A stretch of 64,000 nucleotides of DNA, from the NCBI GenBank assembly GCA_024275575.1, contig JAJRYV010000085.1, positions 65,490 through 129,489 on the forward strand, written 5' to 3'. The position numbers and the translations under genes are program-made. Below the pieces are notes generated by a model. The model saw nothing but the letters and a program-made list of their open reading frames with translations. It made no database searches and had not been told where the DNA came from. The stretch is from a bacterium. Lineage in GTDB: Bacteria > Zhuqueibacterota > Zhuqueibacteria > Zhuqueibacterales > Geothermadaptataceae. Below are positions 29,756 through 39,764 of this stretch, one piece after another (within the stretch, counting starts at the first letter, position 1; the number at the start of each line of letters is the position of its first letter).

Positions 29756-31406
29756 AAAATATGCCGCCCATCCTCATTATAAGGCGCCCACCGGCACAGC
29801 ATTGCACGCAAAATCCTGGCAAACCGAAGCGCCGCTGCGCATGCTGTTGAACAATCTCGATGCTCAAGTTGCAGAAAACCCCGCAGAACTCGTGGTTTAT
29901 GGCGGTACCGGACAGGCGGCGCGAAATGTTGATGCCGTTGAGAAAATCATTAAAAACCTACTTGAACTGGATGAAGATCACAGCCTGCTGGTGCAATCGG
30001 GAAAACCGGTAGGCATCGTGCGCAGCCATCCCATGGCGCCGCGCGTGCTCATCGCCAATTCCAATCTCGTACCGCAATGGGCCACCTGGGATCACTTTAA
30101 CAAGCTGAAAGAAAACGGCTTGATGATGTACGGTCAAATGACGGCCGGTAGCTGGATTTACATCGGCACCCAGGGCATTTTGCAGGGGACTTACGAGACG
30201 TTTGTCGCCTGCGGCGAAAAGTATTTTAACGGCGATCTGCGCGGAAAATTATTGGTGACTGGCGGGCTCGGCGGCATGGGCGGCGCTCAACCTTTGGCAG
30301 CAACGATGGCGGGCGCCACATTTCTCGGTGTGGATGTCGATCCAGAGCGAATCAAAAAACGACTTGAAACACGTTATATCGATAAAATGACCACTTCATA
30401 CGAAGAAGCGCGCGACGTTAGTCTGGCGGCGAAAGAAAAAGGTGAAGCGGTCTCCATCGGTCTCGTTGCCGATATTGGTGACACTTTGGAAAAATTGCTG
30501 GCCGATGGCATCATTCCCGATATTTTAACCGATCAGACTTCAGCGCATGACCCGATAAACGGATATATCCCCAACGGCCTGACTTTGGCGGAAGCTGCTG
30601 AATTACGCACAAAATCCCCGAAAGAATATGAAACACGGGCGTTAAAAAGCATGGCACGCCATGTGGGTTTCATGCTGGAACTGCAAAAACACGGCAGCCG
30701 TACGTTTGATTACGGCAACAATCTGCGGGAATTTGCGCGCCAGGGTGGAGAAATCAACGCTTTCGATTTTCCCGGCTTCGTTCCCGAATATATTCGCCCG
30801 CTGTTTTGTGAGGGCAAAGGCCCGTTCCGCTGGGCTGCGCTCTCCGGCGATCCTGAAGATATTTACACCACTGATCACACCCTCATCGAAGCATTCCCGG
30901 AGAACAAACATATGATTAGATGGCTCCAGGAGGCACAGAAAAAAATTGCATTCCAGGGTCTGCCCTGCCGTATTTGCTGGCTGGGTTTGGGTGAACGTGA
31001 AAAAGCGGGATTGCTGTTAAATGATCTGGTTAAATCCGGCAAGATTAAAGCACCCATCGTCATCGGGCGCGACCATCTCGACTGTGGATCGGTAGCCTCA
31101 CCAAACCGTGAAACCGAAGGCATGCGCGATGGTAGCGATGCTGTTTCCTACTGGCCGTTGCTCAATCTCATGGCCAATGCCGGCGGCGGTGCAACATGGA
31201 TTTCATTTCATCATGGCGGCGGTGTGGGCATCGGTTATTCACAGCATGCCGGCATGGTCGTTCTCGCCGACGGCAGCGACCGCGCAGCCAGATGTTTGAG
31301 CCGCGTATTGTACAACGATCCGGCCCTGGGCATTATGCGCCATTCTGATGCTGGTTATGAAAAAGCATTGAAAATGGGGGAAACATTTGGAGTAAAAATA
31401 AAATAA
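29733..31406 (+). CDS. hutU: urocanate hydratase
   Basis: The ORF track starts at GTG 29724. ATG 29733 is preferred because AAGGTG lies 6 nt upstream. [47 protein letters not shown], and a C-terminal DAGY. Overlaps hutH by 23 nt. Confidence 0.95.
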   Translation: MNFSDFIKKYAAHPHYKAPTGTALHAKSWQTEAPLRMLLNNLDAQVAENPAELVVYGGTGQAARNVDAVEKIIKNLLELDEDHSLLVQSGKPVGIVRSHPMAPRVLIANSNLVPQWATWDHFNKLKENGLMMYGQMTAGSWIYIGTQGILQGTYETFVACGEKYFNGDLRGKLLVTGGLGGMGGAQPLAATMAGATFLGVDVDPERIKKRLETRYIDKMTTSYEEARDVSLAAKEKGEAVSIGLVADIGDTLEKLLADGIIPDILTDQTSAHDPINGYIPNGLTLAEAAELRTKSPKEYETRALKSMARHVGFMLELQKHGSRTFDYGNNLREFARQGGEINAFDFPGFVPEYIRPLFCEGKGPFRWAALSGDPEDIYTTDHTLIEAFPENKHMIRWLQEAQKKIAFQGLPCRICWLGLGEREKAGLLLNDLVKSGKIKAPIVIGRDHLDCGSVASPNRETEGMRDGSDAVSYWPLLNLMANAGGGATWISFHHGGGVGIGYSQHAGMVVLADGSDRAARCLSRVLYNDPALGIMRHSDAGYEKALKMGETFGVKIK

Positions 31407-31430
31407 ACGATACCAGAAACGTGAAAACAA

Positions 31431-31462
31431 AAAAAGCAGTATTTTGGCGTACTGCTTTTTTT
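31431..31462. terminator. bidirectional rho-independent terminator between hutU and tRNA-Arg
   Basis: Stem AAAAAGCAGTA / TACTGCTTTTT with an 8-nt loop. An A-run lies on one side and a T-run on the other, giving a U-tract on both strands. Confidence 0.65.
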
Positions 31463-31463
31463 G

Positions 31464-31537
31464 CGCCCCTACCAGGAATCGAACCTGGGGCGCATGGTTT
31501 AGGAAACCACTGCTCTATCCGACTGAGCTATAGGGGC
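31464..31537 (-). tRNA. tRNA-Arg (anticodon CCT)
   Basis: The manual fold gives 74 nt. Acceptor GCCCCTA/TAGGGGC. D-arm GCTC-AGTCGGATA-GAGC. Anticodon stem GTGGT/ACCAT with loop TTCCTAA. 5-nt variable loop. T-arm CCAGG-TTCGATT-CCTGG. Discriminator G. CCA is not encoded. Confidence 0.93.
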
Positions 31538-31733
31538 AAGTTTTATTCTACTCTTGCTCTGCATTACGGGCGGAATTCCGCGATTGACGGGCAGTAAGAA
31601 AACACCACCAGACGACAATGGCTGAATCATTATGAATTCCATGAAAAAGGTCGATAAGGTTAAAGATTTAAGGATAGAAAATCAACATTTTTTCATCCAC
31701 ACAAAAACTTTTATCATACATCCTGACGCATCC

Positions 31734-33569
31734 CTATCGAACCAGCAGCAATTTGCCACTCTTAACACCACCATCTGTGATCAAGGTATAAAAATACAAA
31801 CCCGTACTCACCACACCACCGGAATCAGATTTGCCGTTCCAAATGATAGCGTTCTCTCCTGCGACGGCGTCAAATTTTAATTGGCGCACAAGCTCACCGG
31901 CAAGGTTTCTGATTGAAAAACTTGTCGGCCCTGCAGGCGCTATAAATCGAACTGTTACGGTTTTCGAAAATGGATTGGGGAACGCCCCCAGAAGCGCCAG
32001 ACGGCTGCCATCTTGAGCGTTGAATTGGGTGTCGACTGCTGAAAGCGTGGCTGTACCCTCAATTAGTTTAATCGTCTGGTTGACGTCGTAGTCAGTAAAA
32101 GATTCAACCAGCCCACCAGGCCATTCGACGATTATTTCATCAACACTGGTCGCAGTACCGACACCAAAATGAATGGGTAAAATACTCTGGGCTAAAAAAT
32201 CAACCCCGTTATTGTGTCTGTGGTAAGTCAAACCGTTGTTTGTGCTCACTCGGACGATGGCGCCAACCGCATTTCTGTTTGAAATGGTGCCCTGCAATTC
32301 GATTTTCAGCCAGTTCAAGGTGGTTGACTGGTTTTCGTAGAGGTAGTTTTTTTCCCGAAAATTCGAAACCAGTAAATCGAGATCGCCATCATCGTTCCAG
32401 TCGAATACAACCAGGCTGCGAGCTTCGGCATAACCATTTGTAGCTGATTCCACAGACCGGTCGACAAAATTCGGCACACCAAACTGGCTCAAAGTGTTGG
32501 CATAGAAATAATTATATCCCGGTTCGATGAGAAAACCGTTGACGATGTACAAATCTTCATCACCATCATTGTCGTAATCAAAAAATTCTGTTCCCCAGGC
32601 CCAACCGGTAGCATCCACATCGAGCTGCACCGATTTATTGAGAAAGAATCCGCTGCCGGTATTGGTAAAAAGCTGGTTCGGTGTCGGTGGATTCAAACCT
32701 TCTATATTTGTCGTATAAATATCGAAAAGACCGTTGTTGTCGTAATCCCCGACTGCGATACCCATGGAGTTACCCTCATCCACCAGGCCAAACTCTGCCG
32801 TTGCTTCACGAAAGGTTTTGTCTCCCAGGTTGATAAAAAAATGGCTTGGGCCAAAATCATTGACGACGTAGAGATCGATCAGATCATCGTTATTGCCATC
32901 GAAGGGCAAAGCTGTCCATGATTGCTCCAGATCATCGAGATTACTTTTCTGGCTGACGTCGAGAAATTTGATTTCTCCGGTTTGTGCGAATTGATTTTCG
33001 TACATAAAATTGGCACCGTTACGCGACCAATTGCAGATATAGAGGTCGAGATCGCTGTCGTTATCATAATCCCACCAGGTCGCCCCCGCATGATGCTCTA
33101 CGGAATCGCCAACCACACCCGCCTGTGTGGTGATATTCTCAAATGTTCCATCACCGAGATTATGAAATAATTCATTGGGACCGACATTCGTCAGATAAAG
33201 ATCGGGATAACCATCATTGTCAACATCACCCCACGAAACGCCGGACTTGTTGCCCATTTCACCTTCCCAGGGACCACCCTGTAAATAGCTCATCACACCG
33301 GCTGCAAGGGTAACATCGATGAATTTTCCGTCGCCCGAATTCTGGTAAAGCCGGTTCCAAGTGCTGGAATCATTTTCATCGTACTGATTGATCGCGACAA
33401 AATAGATATCGAGATCGCCATCCTGATCGTAATCAGCAACAGCGACACCGGCAGTGGAAACAGCCCCGGACAACCCTGCATCATCAGTCTGGTTGACGAA
33501 TTTTTGGGCCGATAATTCCGAAAAATTGAGCAGCAGGAAACTTAACAAAAAGGTCTGAAATATCTTCAT
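31734..33569 (-). CDS. CRTAC1/ASPIC-UnbV family FG-GAP (VCBS) repeat protein with T9SS C-terminal domain
   Basis: The probable start is MKIFQTFLLSF (the ORF track extends to 33635). Repeated D.D.DGD.D...N motifs. C-terminus FPNPF...TGLYFYTL...GKLLLVR. Confidence 0.8.
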   Translation of the reverse strand: MKIFQTFLLSFLLLNFSELSAQKFVNQTDDAGLSGAVSTAGVAVADYDQDGDLDIYFVAINQYDENDSSTWNRLYQNSGDGKFIDVTLAAGVMSYLQGGPWEGEMGNKSGVSWGDVDNDGYPDLYLTNVGPNELFHNLGDGTFENITTQAGVVGDSVEHHAGATWWDYDNDSDLDLYICNWSRNGANFMYENQFAQTGEIKFLDVSQKSNLDDLEQSWTALPFDGNNDDLIDLYVVNDFGPSHFFINLGDKTFREATAEFGLVDEGNSMGIAVGDYDNNGLFDIYTTNIEGLNPPTPNQLFTNTGSGFFLNKSVQLDVDATGWAWGTEFFDYDNDGDEDLYIVNGFLIEPGYNYFYANTLSQFGVPNFVDRSVESATNGYAEARSLVVFDWNDDGDLDLLVSNFREKNYLYENQSTTLNWLKIELQGTISNRNAVGAIVRVSTNNGLTYHRHNNGVDFLAQSILPIHFGVGTATSVDEIIVEWPGGLVESFTDYDVNQTIKLIEGTATLSAVDTQFNAQDGSRLALLGAFPNPFSKTVTVRFIAPAGPTSFSIRNLAGELVRQLKFDAVAGENAIIWNGKSDSGGVVSTGLYFYTLITDGGVKSGKLLLVR

Positions 33570-33612
33570 ATGGTATCCTGAAATATATCCGGTTAATTCT
33601 GGTGATTTAAAA

Positions 33613-34956
33613 CTAATATGTATCATCGAGAGCAAAAACAGGGCGGCGTTTTATCCATTTACCCCGGGTAAAATCAGGGAAGGATTGCGGGGCGCCGCCG
33701 AGAGCGATACTGTTTTCTGAGAGCGGCGAAATAGCGCTCCAAGCAGCCGCATCATAAGCATCGAGGGGGGTGGGCGCTTTGCGTTTAACCGATTCAACAA
33801 AAGCATGCAGAACAAACCAGTCCATGCCGCCATGCCCTGCGCCTGAAGCCGATTCGGCATATTTTTTCCATAATGGATGGTCATATTCCTGCATCAATTT
33901 TTCATCCGATTCCCAGCGGTGTGCCGGGCTTTTACCCTCGAAATAAATCGAGTTGTTCAAATCCATCCAGATGCCTTTTGTGCCCTGCACACGAAAACCG
34001 AGAGAATATGGCCGGGGCAAATTGGTATCATGTTTGACGATAATCGATTCGCCGTTTGTCGTTTTGATACCCGTCGTGATGACATCGCCCAAATTGAAGC
34101 GAACCCCGGCATTAGCATGATCTTCCCCACCTTTTTTCACGATGTATTCGTGCAACCCTCTGGTTTTAGAAGCGGTTGCCGTCAATGAAATAAAGCGGTT
34201 GCCGCGATTGATATCGAGCATCGTTGCCACCGGCCCGATACCGTGAGTCGGGTAAAGATCACCGTTGCGTTTTACCGAATGCAAGGTCCGCCAACGGGCT
34301 TCGGAAAGGCCTTTTTCGCCAAATTCAACACCGGCCCCATAAGGCTGCAAGCCGTTATTGAATTTCACATGACGCAAATCGTGTTGATAACCGCATTCGA
34401 GATGTACGAGTTCCCCGAACAAACCTTGCCGCACCATGTTGAGCACTGCCATAACGTCACGGCGGTAACAGACGTTTTCGAGAATCATGCAGGGCATTTT
34501 CGTGGCTTCGGAGGTGTTGACCAGGTCCCAGCATTCCTGTAAAGTATTGGCAGCAGAAACCTCAACGCCGGCATATTTTCCGGCTTTCATCGTTGCTACA
34601 GCCATCGGCGTGTGCCATAACCACGGCGTCGCGATGACCACGCCGTCGATATCGCTGCGCTCTAAAAGTGTTAAATAGGCTTCCTCGCTTCCGGTAAAAA
34701 CCCGTGCTTTTTTTTGGCCGGATTCATTAATCATCTTTTCTGCTGCAGCAATGGCTTGGGCGTCAATATCGCAGATGGCTTTGATTTCAACATCACTGCG
34801 CCGTAGCGCTTGGCGCAAATGGCTGCGGCCGCGCAAGCCGACACCGATAAATGCCAATCGGACCGTGCGGTCATCTTTGCCAAAAACGACGTTTTTAGCA
34901 GCGGAAAAAGCAGTCGCTGCTAAAAACGTCGTTTGAATAAATTCTCTTCTTTGCAT
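33613..34956 (-). CDS. Tat-signal Gfo/Idh/MocA oxidoreductase (GH109-like)
   Basis: Twin-arginine leader MQRREFIQTTFLAATAFSA (the ORF track starts 7 codons upstream). Rossmann FIGVGLRGRSH. Length and C-terminal domain match the GH109/Gfo-Idh-MocA type. Confidence 0.8.
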   Translation of the reverse strand: MQRREFIQTTFLAATAFSAAKNVVFGKDDRTVRLAFIGVGLRGRSHLRQALRRSDVEIKAICDIDAQAIAAAEKMINESGQKKARVFTGSEEAYLTLLERSDIDGVVIATPWLWHTPMAVATMKAGKYAGVEVSAANTLQECWDLVNTSEATKMPCMILENVCYRRDVMAVLNMVRQGLFGELVHLECGYQHDLRHVKFNNGLQPYGAGVEFGEKGLSEARWRTLHSVKRNGDLYPTHGIGPVATMLDINRGNRFISLTATASKTRGLHEYIVKKGGEDHANAGVRFNLGDVITTGIKTTNGESIIVKHDTNLPRPYSLGFRVQGTKGIWMDLNNSIYFEGKSPAHRWESDEKLMQEYDHPLWKKYAESASGAGHGGMDWFVLHAFVESVKRKAPTPLDAYDAAAWSAISPLSENSIALGGAPQSFPDFTRGKWIKRRPVFALDDTY

Positions 34957-34981
34957 TTTTACTCCTAAAAAAATCACACCC

Positions 34982-35338
34982 CTATTTTGAAAATAACATG
35001 CGAACGGCGATGATCAGTAAAATTGCAGCAAAAAACCGGCGCAACCATAACCCGGTGACGAGATCCACCAGCCACGTTCCACAAAACACCCCCACGACAG
35101 CGCCGATACTGATGAGCAAAGCAATACTCAAATCAGGATCGATTGAACTGTTGATTTTATAACGAATTGCCCCGATGATCACCATTGGCACCATGACAGC
35201 GAGAGAAATTCCCTGTGCTTCTTTTTGGGGAAAACTGAGAAAAACCAGCGCCGGCACCAGTAGCACCCCGCCGCCGATCCCCAGGAGGCCGCTCAACAGG
35301 CCGCCAGCCACACCGAGAAGAATGTAAATTAATGTCAA
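34982..35338 (-). CDS. half-size TauE/SafE (TSUP) family membrane protein
   Basis: 118 aa with ~4 predicted TM segments. LGVAGGLLSGLLGIGGGVLLVPAL is the TSUP signature. No second half lies adjacent in any frame. Confidence 0.7.
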   Translation of the reverse strand: MTLIYILLGVAGGLLSGLLGIGGGVLLVPALVFLSFPQKEAQGISLAVMVPMVIIGAIRYKINSSIDPDLSIALLISIGAVVGVFCGTWLVDLVTGLWLRRFFAAILLIIAVRMLFSK

Positions 35339-35543
35339 ATGAAACCTCTACGTCTTGCAATTTTAAGTAAAAAATTCAATAATTGATATACAAAATTCCT
35401 GTGCAAGCACAAAGAAATTTCAAACCAGTCGATGGAATAATCTACTTTTTACCTGGAATCTGTTTTAATCCTTGTTTTTGTGGTTGAATTTCTCGATCAT
35501 GCGTGAATTTATTTTTAATACTGATATAATCCTGGGAATAAAA

Positions 35544-36671
35544 ATGGTCGTTCTGCTGCAACCAAATACCGATGATACCTCGGAAGCATTTAGTAAAACG
35601 ATGGATCATCTGCGAAATTTATCAGACATTCGCCTGCAAAAACACATCGTTGAGGGTAACGAACAGCGCCTCACAGAAATCTACCTCATCGGCAACACGC
35701 AAAAAATCGACCGTGCAGAAATTGCTGCGCTGCCGGCAGTTGAGCGAGTTGTGCGCATCTCACAGGAATATCGCATTCTCGGACGGCACAATGATGATGA
35801 GCGTCAACACGGATTCGAGTATAACGGTTTGCATTTTGATCAGAAAAGTTTGCATATATTCGCCGGATTGTGTGCGGTCGACACTGCGTATCACGCTGAA
35901 AAGATGATGCATGCGATACAGCAAAACGGGCTCTACTGCACACGTATGGGCGCTTATAAACCGCGCACAAGCCCCTATTCTTTTCAGGGTTATGGGAAAA
36001 ACTGCCTGCCCTATGTATTCGAACTTGCAGGAAAATACGGCATCAAAGTAATCGCGATGGAAGTGACGCACGAGAGCCACGTCGACGAGATCGATTCCTG
36101 TTTGGCGGATGCCGGCAATCCCACCGGTGTTTTCCTGCAAATCGGGACGCGAAATACGCAAAACTTCGAGCTGCTCAAAGTTTTGGGACGGCAGAAAAAA
36201 TATCCGTTATTGCTCAAACGCGGCTACGGTATCACCCTGAGCGAGTCTCTGAACGCTGCTGAATACCTGGCCACCGAGGGCAACGCAAAAGTCATTTTCT
36301 GCCTGCGCGGCATGAAAACTTCATTCTCAAGTCCGCACCGCAATACGGTCGATTTTTCCCAGGTGCCGGTGGTGAAACGTCTGACGCGCATGCCCGTTTG
36401 CATCGACCCTTCACATTCCGTCGGCAGCCGCGACCGGGCGCCCGACGGCCTTCTCGACGTTTTCCATTGCACCGCACAAGGCGTGATCGCCGGGGCCAAT
36501 ATGGTGCTGGTCGATTTTCATCCGGAGCCGCAGAAAGCGCTGGTCGATGGGCCGCAAGCGCTGCTGCTAAAGGAATTGCCGCATTTTATTGAAGATATTC
36601 GCATCAGCCGCGAGGCTTATTTAAAAAGGTTACGGCTTAATTCAAATTATCAGAACAGAGCTACGTCATGA
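35544..36671 (+). CDS. aroF: 3-deoxy-7-phosphoheptulonate (DAHP) synthase, type I-beta, with N-terminal ferredoxin-like regulatory domain
   Basis: The start MVVLLQPNTDD aligns with Thermotoga-type DAHPS (MIVVLKPG...). GAYKPRTSPYSFQG, IGTRN.QNF.LL, LLKRG, and DPSHS motifs. The ORF track begins 24 codons upstream. Confidence 0.9.
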   Translation: MVVLLQPNTDDTSEAFSKTMDHLRNLSDIRLQKHIVEGNEQRLTEIYLIGNTQKIDRAEIAALPAVERVVRISQEYRILGRHNDDERQHGFEYNGLHFDQKSLHIFAGLCAVDTAYHAEKMMHAIQQNGLYCTRMGAYKPRTSPYSFQGYGKNCLPYVFELAGKYGIKVIAMEVTHESHVDEIDSCLADAGNPTGVFLQIGTRNTQNFELLKVLGRQKKYPLLLKRGYGITLSESLNAAEYLATEGNAKVIFCLRGMKTSFSSPHRNTVDFSQVPVVKRLTRMPVCIDPSHSVGSRDRAPDGLLDVFHCTAQGVIAGANMVLVDFHPEPQKALVDGPQALLLKELPHFIEDIRISREAYLKRLRLNSNYQNRATS

Positions 36672-36761
36672 CCTGACAGTATTTTTTTGATCAGAAAAAC
36701 CAGCTGACGGGGCAGCAAAAAAAAGTGACAAGAGTGATAAATCAGAATTTAAAAGAAACCC

Positions 36762-37154
36762 ATGATCTACAAAATTTTTTATAACCAATCCATCAATGCA
36801 ATCGAGTGTTACTATTTCGGCGATGTGACATTTGAGATTTTAAAAGAATCTTCCGAACGAAGATTCTCGCATGAAAAATTTCCCGAGATAGATTATTTAA
36901 TCTCCGATTATTCAGAGGCAAACTTAAAAAAGTTTGAACCGTTTGAAATTCAATTGCTGGTCTCACTCGATATCAAAGCCAGCACAATAAATCCCGCTTT
37001 AATCGTTCTTTTATGTATGCCCACCCCTCTTGAATACGGCATGGCGCGCATGTGGCAAGCCTATTCAGTCGAATTAAACTGGGTCTCTCACGTTTTTAGC
37101 TCTCGCGATGAACTCGACAACTTTATCAAAACCGGCGGGACAGCAATCAATTAA
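36762..37154 (+). CDS. hypothetical protein (130 aa)
   Basis: Isolated ORF with ordinary, non-low-complexity amino-acid composition. No motif I can name. Confidence 0.4.
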   Translation: MIYKIFYNQSINAIECYYFGDVTFEILKESSERRFSHEKFPEIDYLISDYSEANLKKFEPFEIQLLVSLDIKASTINPALIVLLCMPTPLEYGMARMWQAYSVELNWVSHVFSSRDELDNFIKTGGTAIN

Positions 37155-37160
37155 GAAAAT

Positions 37161-37182
37161 AGTCTTCACTGCAGTGAAGACT
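37161..37182. terminator. perfect palindromic hairpin between convergent genes
   Basis: AGTCTTCACTG/CAGTGAAGACT, an 11-bp perfect palindrome, lies between the stop codons at 37154 (+) and 37194 (-). Flanks are A/T rich. Confidence 0.5.
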
Positions 37183-37193
37183 GTGATATTTGA

Positions 37194-39572
37194 TTAAAAC
37201 AATTCTATTTTCCCGCTCATAACGATACTGCGTCCCGGGGCGTTGAGGCCGCTCAGATGTTCCCGATAGTTCCAATCGAGCATATTCATCAACGCCAACT
37301 GGAGATCGATATTGTCGTTGATTGCCCAGCCTGAACGGGCATTCAGCGTAAACCAGCCAGGTGTGCCGCCGACCGGAATGCGCAAATCCAGCAGGTCTTC
37401 AGATGAGAGTCGGTTCTGCTCCAGGGCAAACCGGGAACTCAGTTCAAGCCAAAAATGCGGTGAAGTCCGGCGCAGTGAAAAAAGTCCATTAAGCGGCGGA
37501 ATCGCTGTGAGCGGTTCATTTGCAGTTTGATTAAAACCATAGGCATAACTCAGGTTTGCCCGTGCGATAATTCCCCATTTTAACAGCGCTTCCCCCCCGA
37601 TTTCGAATCCACTGACCACTGCTTTGCCGGCATTGGCTTTGTGAAATACTGCGAGCGTATCATTTTCATCGATAATATATGGCAAAGCATTAAACTCAGC
37701 AGGCCGCCGGATCAAAATATCATTCAGGCGGGTATAGTAAAAAACCAGGTTGAGTCTCGCATTTTCATAAGCAAACTTCAATCCTCCGTCGAGGCTAATG
37801 CCGGTTTCAGATTGAATTTTTGGATTGGGGACATCGTAAAAACTATCCCCTTTTCCCGGGCCAAATTTGGAAACATCATCGAGATTCGGTGCACGGAAAC
37901 CCTGGGCAATATTACTGACAAAGCTGATTTTCTCATTGAATTCGTAGCGCGAACTTACACTTGCAGTGAGGGCAAAGGTTCTTCTTTTAACCAGTCCGAG
38001 ATGCAGCGGCGGTTTCTTTGAGAACGGCGCGTCCAATAAAAAAGCACTGTAGCGCAAACCGCTAGTGAGCATCCACGGAGGCGTGAGATGCCATTCACTC
38101 TGGGCATAGACGCCAAAACTGTCATGCCGGCTGTTATCCGGATAAAGCGGTGCACGCGAAGTTATCTCCCCTACTCCGTCTGCAATAATCCGGGAATATG
38201 AATTGGCGGAAAGCCGATCGTAATAGGCTTCGGCGCCGTAGAGAATAAAATGCTTTTTACGAAAAATCTTGTTGAATTGCAATTGCCAGGCACGTGTTGT
38301 GGTACTGAATCGATCAACGGTCATTTTTACGCTGCTGGTTTTTTGTTTTACCCGCCCCTCTTTCTGCCGGTGTATGGACAGAGTGAGAATCATTAAATCG
38401 GCCAGCGGGCCGTGCAAAGCATTTTCATATTTTAAATAAGCCAGGTCGCGATTTTGCGGCTCGTAAAAATAGGCCTGATAGGCCTGGCGTTCAAAGACAT
38501 CATAACGCGGCACTTTGCCCTGGCGCGCCAATTGATAAAAGAGGGTGAACTTGTGCTTGTAATGCGGCTGAAAGGTGAATTTAAATTGCGAGTATCGTGC
38601 ATCATATGCATTGGGACGCTGTTTTTTGGCCAAATTGCGACCACTTTCCGGCGTTAAACTGAGCCTGCGCATGAGTTCATCACCGCCATTGCCGCCCCTG
38701 GTGATATTGCCGTAACCATAACGTGCCGACTGTAAACTGAGGCCCCATTTCTTTGCATGAACCGCAGTTTGCAGCGTGAACCGATGGTTGCCCTCGGCGC
38801 TGGAAAAACCTGTTTCCAGCCGGCCGCTCCAGGCCGGTTTGCCGCTGCGGGAAAATCCCGGTTCTGCCGTGATCGTATTGATGGTGCCGCCGAGGGCATC
38901 ACTGCCGTAAAGCGCCGATGAAGGACCGTGGACGACTTCCATGCGTTCGATACTGCCGGGATCGATGGTATTCAAGTACTGCAAATTACCGCCGCGATAT
39001 GTGGCGTTGTTCATTCTGATACCATCGATGAGCAGCAGAATTTTGTTGGCTTTCAAACCACGGATGATGGGCGAACCACCGCCATTGCTGGTCTTCTGGA
39101 TAAAAACGCCCATTTCCTCGCGCAAAATTTCCGGCGTTTGTGCACTGTTGCGCTGACGAATTTTAAGCCGGTTGACCACGGAAACCAGTTGTGGAATACT
39201 CTGTTGCAAGGCCTCATGCCGGCTGGCGGTGACCTGAATCTCGTGTACTTCATAAACTTTTAAGACCAGTTGCGGCCGCAATACCACAACCTCGCCGGCC
39301 CGTACCAGCACTGAATCAAGAGTAACCGTTTCAAATCCCAGCATGCGGATTTTGAGTTTGTAATAACCCGGCTGCAATTTCTTAAGCACAAAAGAGCCGT
39401 CCGACCGGGTGACGGCACCGATATTTCTCGCGGGGATATAAACCTGCACATTTTCCAGGCCAAAACTGCTTTCTTTGCTCGTTACAGTGCCGATGATGCG
39501 ACCAAATTCAGCCTGGCCGGATTGAGCAATGAGTGCCGGTAAAAAGGATAAAAGGAAGAAAAGATATTTCAT
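37194..39572 (-). CDS. TonB-dependent receptor with N-terminal carboxypeptidase-regulatory-like domain
   Basis: The probable start is MKYLFFLLSF (the ORF track starts 10 codons upstream at TTG). CarbopepD_reg-like GTVTSK...L.NV.V; plug domain (VVNRLKIRQRNSAQTPEILRE..GV, GGSPIIRGL, ER(M)EVV.GP.SALYGSDALGG). The C-terminal barrel ends in IELF. Confidence 0.9.
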   Translation of the reverse strand: MKYLFFLLSFLPALIAQSGQAEFGRIIGTVTSKESSFGLENVQVYIPARNIGAVTRSDGSFVLKKLQPGYYKLKIRMLGFETVTLDSVLVRAGEVVVLRPQLVLKVYEVHEIQVTASRHEALQQSIPQLVSVVNRLKIRQRNSAQTPEILREEMGVFIQKTSNGGGSPIIRGLKANKILLLIDGIRMNNATYRGGNLQYLNTIDPGSIERMEVVHGPSSALYGSDALGGTINTITAEPGFSRSGKPAWSGRLETGFSSAEGNHRFTLQTAVHAKKWGLSLQSARYGYGNITRGGNGGDELMRRLSLTPESGRNLAKKQRPNAYDARYSQFKFTFQPHYKHKFTLFYQLARQGKVPRYDVFERQAYQAYFYEPQNRDLAYLKYENALHGPLADLMILTLSIHRQKEGRVKQKTSSVKMTVDRFSTTTRAWQLQFNKIFRKKHFILYGAEAYYDRLSANSYSRIIADGVGEITSRAPLYPDNSRHDSFGVYAQSEWHLTPPWMLTSGLRYSAFLLDAPFSKKPPLHLGLVKRRTFALTASVSSRYEFNEKISFVSNIAQGFRAPNLDDVSKFGPGKGDSFYDVPNPKIQSETGISLDGGLKFAYENARLNLVFYYTRLNDILIRRPAEFNALPYIIDENDTLAVFHKANAGKAVVSGFEIGGEALLKWGIIARANLSYAYGFNQTANEPLTAIPPLNGLFSLRRTSPHFWLELSSRFALEQNRLSSEDLLDLRIPVGGTPGWFTLNARSGWAINDNIDLQLALMNMLDWNYREHLSGLNAPGRSIVMSGKIELF

Positions 39573-39764
39573 TTTAAACAAAACAGTATTCAGGTTCAAC
39601 AATAGACTTAACGGTTAAAGTTTATGAATTTGTGAGTATGTAAATCACTCAAATCGAAAAGGTTCCATGAATCGGAATTTCCAGGCGATATAGCCGCATA
39701 AATTAAAACTTTTTTGGAAAAAAGATATTGTTTTGTTATTATCTCGTTCTTTAAAAATCACCTG

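Noticed and set aside
31585-31594. ATTGACGGGC, shared between the tRNA-adjacent spacer and the end of repeat A (51775-51784), as a possible sixth repeat copy.
   Set aside because: A single 10-mer match is expected many times by chance in 64 kb on two strands, and there is no flanking similarity.
31407-31733. tRNA-Arg as a possible integration hotspot or genomic-island boundary.
   Set aside because: There is no integrase, no direct repeat of the tRNA 3' end, and no obvious compositional shift on either side. Flanking genes are ordinary (hutU, CRTAC1-like).
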